Source of the DNA: an uncultured virus (IMG/VR IMGVR_UViG_3300010001_000023) | Taxonomy: Duplodnaviria > Heunggongvirae > Uroviricota > Caudoviricetes | DNA length: 20,000 nucleotides | Direction: 5' to 3' (one strand) | IMG/VR virus record: IMGVR_UViG_3300010001_000023 | Location: 108,865 to 128,864 of that record | Shown here: positions 16,012 to 20,000 of the stretch, piece by piece | Layout of the letters: each line of letters begins with the position of its first letter | Position numbering within the stretch: position 1 is the stretch's first letter | Position numbers and translations under genes: made by a program | Notes under the pieces: generated by a model | The model's database searches: none | Told to the model about the DNA's origin: nothing | The model's input: the letters and a program-made list of their open reading frames with translations, nothing else

Positions 16012-17286
16012 ATGAAAAAAGATTATCCGTTAGATTTATTAAAAACTATAGAAAACAAAACAGTTACACTTAAAGAACTGATAGATATGTTTGGAACTGA
16101 AGCACAAACTAGAAATTTTTATACAAAAGGAAAAATTCCTAAAGACCAAATGGAATCTATCAAGAAGAAAATTGATAAATATTATATTAAGTTTGAAGAA
16201 ATCCCTGATAAAAAAGATAAACGCAAGAAAAATTATAAGATTGGCAAATTACATAATCCTGATGGTAAACCTTTGGTCACAGAATCGTGGAAGTCATTAG
16301 ACAAAAGAAAACAACTCGCTAAAAGTATTGATCTTTTGGTTATTAGTGCATTAGTTAAAAATAATAATGAACTTGATGGTAAAACTTATACTATTGGTCG
16401 CTGGATGAAGGAAATAGGTTTTATGTCTGAGGAAGAATACAATGATTCTCGTACTGTGAAATATGGAAATAAATATTACAATGAAAATGAGCCAACAGTT
16501 AAAGAGATTCAGGGGATTATAAAAAAGCTGGAAGAAGAAAAAGTTATAGAAGAGAATGTAAATTATACGGAGAACGCATATATGCTGCAAGATTATTTTA
16601 CTACTACCAATTTAGCACAAGCATTTAAAGAATCATTAGCTAGGCTAGAACGCACTAGGATTATTGTATCAGGAGAGTTCATTAAAGCTAAGTTACGAGG
16701 TAGTGAAACCTTTATCACATTAGATGAGATTGTGTTTTCAACTATCGTGTCAGGAGAACAGAAAATTAAAGAGGATTTAGAAAGAAAAGGTAAAAGTATT
16801 AATGGCTCAGAATTTAATAAACTTAAAGACAAATTTTATGAGAATATTGAATATATAGATTCAAAAGGTGATAAACAAAGCATTTCTATTGATTTCTACT
16901 TTAGAGCCACAATGATACAAACTAAGACAACTAAATCAAGAACATTTAAATATATTGAACGCAATGGTAAAGAAATATTGGAACAATACAAAAAAGACAG
17001 AGAAAATTTATGGCAAAATGAAATCGCTTTACTGAAAGCTGAAAAGTTTGAAAGAATGAATAATGAATTACATAGACAGAAAGACAACTATATTGATTGG
17101 ACTCAAAAAAAATATGAAAAGGATCGAGATAATGTCAATAAGGTTGGAACAATGAAATACTCAAAAGAAGATTGTGATTTTGATATTGGGAAGATTGAAA
17201 AATATAGAAGTATGTATGTTACAGCTTTTAAAAGACTAGAGGAATATTATACAAAAGATATGTTTTATGGTAGTTTATTGAATTAA
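16012..17286 (+). CDS. Hypothetical Lys-rich protein, possible replication initiator or DNA-binding protein
   Basis: 424-aa ORF with RBS AGGAGA. No family recognised. The role is inferred only from the flanking repeats and the neighbouring helicase. Confidence 0.6.
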   Translation: MKKDYPLDLLKTIENKTVTLKELIDMFGTEAQTRNFYTKGKIPKDQMESIKKKIDKYYIKFEEIPDKKDKRKKNYKIGKLHNPDGKPLVTESWKSLDKRKQLAKSIDLLVISALVKNNNELDGKTYTIGRWMKEIGFMSEEEYNDSRTVKYGNKYYNENEPTVKEIQGIIKKLEEEKVIEENVNYTENAYMLQDYFTTTNLAQAFKESLARLERTRIIVSGEFIKAKLRGSETFITLDEIVFSTIVSGEQKIKEDLERKGKSINGSEFNKLKDKFYENIEYIDSKGDKQSISIDFYFRATMIQTKTTKSRTFKYIERNGKEILEQYKKDRENLWQNEIALLKAEKFERMNNELHRQKDNYIDWTQKKYEKDRDNVNKVGTMKYSKEDCDFDIGKIEKYRSMYVTAFKRLEEYYTKDMFYGSLLN

Positions 17287-17322
17287 TTAAAGCTATTTAA
17301 ATTTAACAAATAATAAAACTCA

Positions 17323-17598
17323 AGATTTATTACGTTCTATTTTAGCCGATATATCTTAAATGGGTATTTGGTCTCATTTTATAATAACGAAGCAAATGGA
17401 ACGTAATAAAATTCAAATAACACGTAGTATGATATATTATTGGGATGATATTGAAAAATAAATTGGTAGTTAGTTTGTTATAAAAAATACTTGAGATTTA
17501 TTACGTGCTAGAATCGACTGTTTATATTTTGTGATAAAGAATACCTAAATTAGTATAATGAATCAAATAAGACGTAATAAAATTCAAATAGAACGTAA
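17323..17598. repeat. Two 171-bp-period units of phased ACGTA-core repeats
   Basis: AGATTTATTACGT at 17323 and 17494. ACGTAATAAAATTCAAATA at 17401 and 17572. Extra ACGTA at 17422 and 17593. Confidence 0.85.
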
Positions 17599-17614
17599 TT
17601 AATTAAAATAATGG

Positions 17615-17643
17615 TTGACGGATAATCTCAAATAGATTATGAT
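17615..17643 (+). promoter_or_regulatory. SigA promoter with an overlapping palindrome
   Basis: TTGACG-17 nt-TATGAT. Palindrome ATAATCT-N5-AGATTAT at 17622-17640. Confidence 0.65.
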
Positions 17644-17685
17644 GTATATAAGAAATAAATAAATTATGAATAAAGGGAGATAGTT

Positions 17686-18006
17686 ATGAAAGAGACAAAC
17701 GAAAGAGAAGTTACATTGGAGATTACATTACCATACGAATATAGAATCGTGAGATATGGTAAAAGCGACACATTGGAGTTAGAAGCATTGGAATATGATA
17801 TTGATTTTAAAACGAAGAAACCAACTAATACTAAATCATGGAAGTTTGCAGGATATTTTTCAAATGTAAGAACTGCACTGAAGGCTTATACAAGAAATGT
17901 ACCAGTAAAACGCATGGTTGGTAAACATGATTTAGCAAGTACATTAGAATATCTGCATGAGATTGATAGGATTGCAGATCAAGTAAGTAAGGGATGGGGA
18001 GAATAA
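17686..18006 (+). CDS. Hypothetical phage protein
   Basis: 106 aa, RBS AAAGGGAG. WKFAGYFSNV..AL motif is common in small Firmicute phage proteins. Confidence 0.8.
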   Translation: MKETNEREVTLEITLPYEYRIVRYGKSDTLELEALEYDIDFKTKKPTNTKSWKFAGYFSNVRTALKAYTRNVPVKRMVGKHDLASTLEYLHEIDRIADQVSKGWGE

Positions 18007-18009
18007 ATT

Positions 18010-18267
18010 ATGGTTAAAAAAATTAAACGCACGGTAGAGATGGATTTATTGGAATTATTAACTTGGGCTAGAGATAATGATAAGACTGGAGACTTTTATG
18101 GTGTCGATGAGAATTATCGTGTATTCATTAGTTATCATCACGGATGGGTTCAAACTGATAATGGTAAAGCAATTCCTAAGTTTGATACAAAGTTTAAAGT
18201 AGAAATCGAAGAAGAAATTACTAACTCTAACTTAATATCAACAAAAGAGAAAGGGCTGGTGGAGTAA
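18010..18267 (+). CDS. Hypothetical staphylococcal-phage-type protein (possibly shortened)
   Basis: MVKKIKRTVEMDLLELLTWA...FKVEIEEEIT resembles a common Staphylococcus siphophage accessory family (from recall). RBS GGGGAG. Confidence 0.75.
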   Translation: MVKKIKRTVEMDLLELLTWARDNDKTGDFYGVDENYRVFISYHHGWVQTDNGKAIPKFDTKFKVEIEEEITNSNLISTKEKGLVE

Positions 18268-18663
18268 ATGATTAAAGTCAAATGGATAAAAGTTGGAGAT
18301 GTTATAGAGGTTGACGGTAAAAAAGCAAAATTAATATCTGTTGTTGAAGATTTAACGTACGCAGACCTTTACACATTCAAAAAAGAAGATGATTCAAAGT
18401 TTCACTGGAGACATAATGAAGTTTACAGATACGCAATGGATAGACATATCGGAAAATTAGAGGGCTTGTTATGCGAACAAAAACAACGTGCTGATGAAGT
18501 AGAGGAAAAATGGGAGAAGTTGAAGAAGTGGCTAGATGAAGGTGTGATTAATCAGTCTAGTAAATACGATAAAACTGGTGTACCAGCTTTCAAACATTTC
18601 AGGAAAGTCCTTGAATCAACGCAAGAAAAAATGAATAAACTCGAACGAGGTGAAGATGAATGA
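18268..18663 (+). CDS. Hypothetical phage protein with a C-terminal coiled coil
   Basis: 131 aa, abuts the upstream stop. Contains a QRADEVEEKWEKLKKWL segment. Confidence 0.75.
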   Translation: MIKVKWIKVGDVIEVDGKKAKLISVVEDLTYADLYTFKKEDDSKFHWRHNEVYRYAMDRHIGKLEGLLCEQKQRADEVEEKWEKLKKWLDEGVINQSSKYDKTGVPAFKHFRKVLESTQEKMNKLERGEDE

Positions 18664-18911
18664 GTGTATATAGAGTAGACTTTGAAATATTCTACAGCCT
18701 ATTATTTTTCCATCCTTATGTGGTGGTCGAAGCTAATGACGTTGAACAAGCAATCGCAAGAGCGAATCAAGTGTTTAATAGCAATCCTGATAATATGGAT
18801 TTAGACAAAAAGATAATAGAGGTTAAACAAGTCAGTGAGACTGACTATGATGATGTAATTAAACTCACTGATGAGATGCCGTGGCAACCAGAAGAACGAG
18901 GTGAAGTGTAG
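18660..18911 (+). CDS. Hypothetical phage protein
   Basis: 83 aa, ATGA overlap with the upstream gene, RBS GAGGTGA. VVVEANDVEQAIARA motif. Confidence 0.75.
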   Translation: MSVYRVDFEIFYSLLFFHPYVVVEANDVEQAIARANQVFNSNPDNMDLDKKIIEVKQVSETDYDDVIKLTDEMPWQPEERGEV

Positions 18912-18986
18912 ATGAATAAATCAGTACGTGTAGCTTCTTATAATGCATTATCACATCATAGTTCTGATGGATCATCAATAGGATAG
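18912..18986 (+). CDS. 24-aa mini-ORF or gene remnant (MNKSVRVASYNALSHHSSDGSSIG)
   Basis: ATG directly after the upstream stop, with RBS GAGGTGA. Ends just before the terminator. Confidence 0.3.
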   Translation: MNKSVRVASYNALSHHSSDGSSIG

Positions 18987-18993
18987 ATTATAG

Positions 18994-19025
18994 AGACTAC
19001 TAGAGAAATCTAGTGGTCTTTTTTT
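18994..19025 (+). terminator. Rho-independent terminator
   Basis: AGACTACTAGA-GAAA-TCTAGTGGTCT followed by a T run. Confidence 0.9.
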
Positions 19026-19029
19026 GTTG

Positions 19030-19700
19030 TGGATAGAATATGGTTAAATATGAATGGAATTAATCAGAATTGAATAGAATTGATAGAAATATAGGCAAAA
19101 TCATATAAAAACAAGAGAAATATGGAGGTTGGTAATAGGTATTATATTGAGTTAACTCTAGGAGAATAAGAAATTAGTGTTTATCTGTAAATCAGAATGG
19201 AAGAAATCGTATGATCAGAGAGGAAAGTATAAAAATGCTGAGTAGATGCTAAGAGAATAAGGGGGATATATGTATGAGTAGAGAAGCATAGATAAAGGAC
19301 AATAGGATGAAATAAGGCTAGGGAAATTAGATGGGAAATGCGATTAGGATAGATGGAGTATAATGAAAAGGAAATTGGAGTTTGTAGGAGAATGATTAAA
19401 AAATATGGGGAGATTAAGGATAAAATTGATATGGATAAGTAGATAGGTGTATAAGGAGATATTGGGTAAGGAAGGAAGATATATGCTGGATAAGTAAGAG
19501 TGAAATAAGGATAGGATATATGGAAATATAGGGGGATAAAAATTGAGTGACTTTAAAATTCAAAATAGTGGGAGTGGATTGAGTATAGGAGGATAAGGGA
19601 TAAGTGGATATTATGGAGAGGAAATTGGAGTGAGTTTTATCAATAAGAAATGAAAGATTGAGAAAAGTGTAAAACTTCAATAAAACGAAAAATAGTGGAT
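19030..19700. other. Non-coding, strongly G/A-skewed tract
   Basis: Hand count for 19381-19620 is about 75 G versus 3 C. GGATA recurs many times. Confidence 0.8.
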
Positions 19701-20000
19701 GCGTATTCCAATATCTGTATCACCCTTTCTCAGTTTCCAAAAAATGCTAAAATCATAAACCTACCCCCCTAATTGATACCCAAAAACTGCTTAAAATTAA
19801 GTGAGATAATAACAGTTATATCACTATACCCGCTATTATTATAATTATGATCTGTTTTTGCTGCTGATGAAATATATATGATTAATGATTAACTTATTTA
19901 TTATTATATATTATAAAATTAAATTGTACAATGTTTAACGTGAAACATTATTAATTTAAAAATTTTGATTGAATCGTATAACATGGAAATAAATGTCAAC

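Noticed and set aside
1739..17087. Other short ORFs antisense to or nested within long genes (e.g. 1739, 2597, 3930, 4345, 5972, 7731, 9955, 10942, 12014, 12289, 14092, 14287, 16091, 16351, 16593, 16896)
   Set aside because: They overlap well-supported genes and show no recognisable motifs.
17323..17598. CRISPR array
   Set aside because: Only two units, short inverted arms with 65-nt spacers, and no cas genes.
19414..19680. 88-aa minus-strand ORF
   Set aside because: By-product of the compositional skew (Ser/Ile/Leu/Tyr/Pro-rich), TTG start with no RBS.

Overview
AT-rich segment of a large SPbeta-like siphophage or prophage of a Firmicute. Small accessory ORFs and a dispersin B-like gene point to a staphylococcal host (inference). 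The minus strand carries the head-packaging arm. In transcription order it reads: a 480-aa HTH/Zn-ribbon putative regulator, HU, YonK-like protein, YonJ-like metallophosphoesterase, a ~1.3-kb non-coding RNA island, a GH20 dispersin B-like hydrolase, putative small terminase, large terminase, portal, and prohead protease/scaffold (truncated by the window edge). The RNA island holds several unexplained structured RNAs, tRNA-His, tRNA-Pro, a probable ROOL-class large ncRNA and a D-armless tRNA remnant. The large terminase is split at its Walker A motif by a group I intron encoding a LAGLIDADG homing endonuclease. The plus strand carries a RecD2-like helicase, an origin-like palindromic region, a 424-aa putative initiator flanked by phased repeats, small phage ORFs, a terminator and an extremely G-skewed non-coding tract. 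The most notable system is the ncRNA/tRNA array coupled to a possibly virion-displayed biofilm (PNAG)-degrading enzyme inside the packaging operon. All family assignments come from motif recognition, not database searches.
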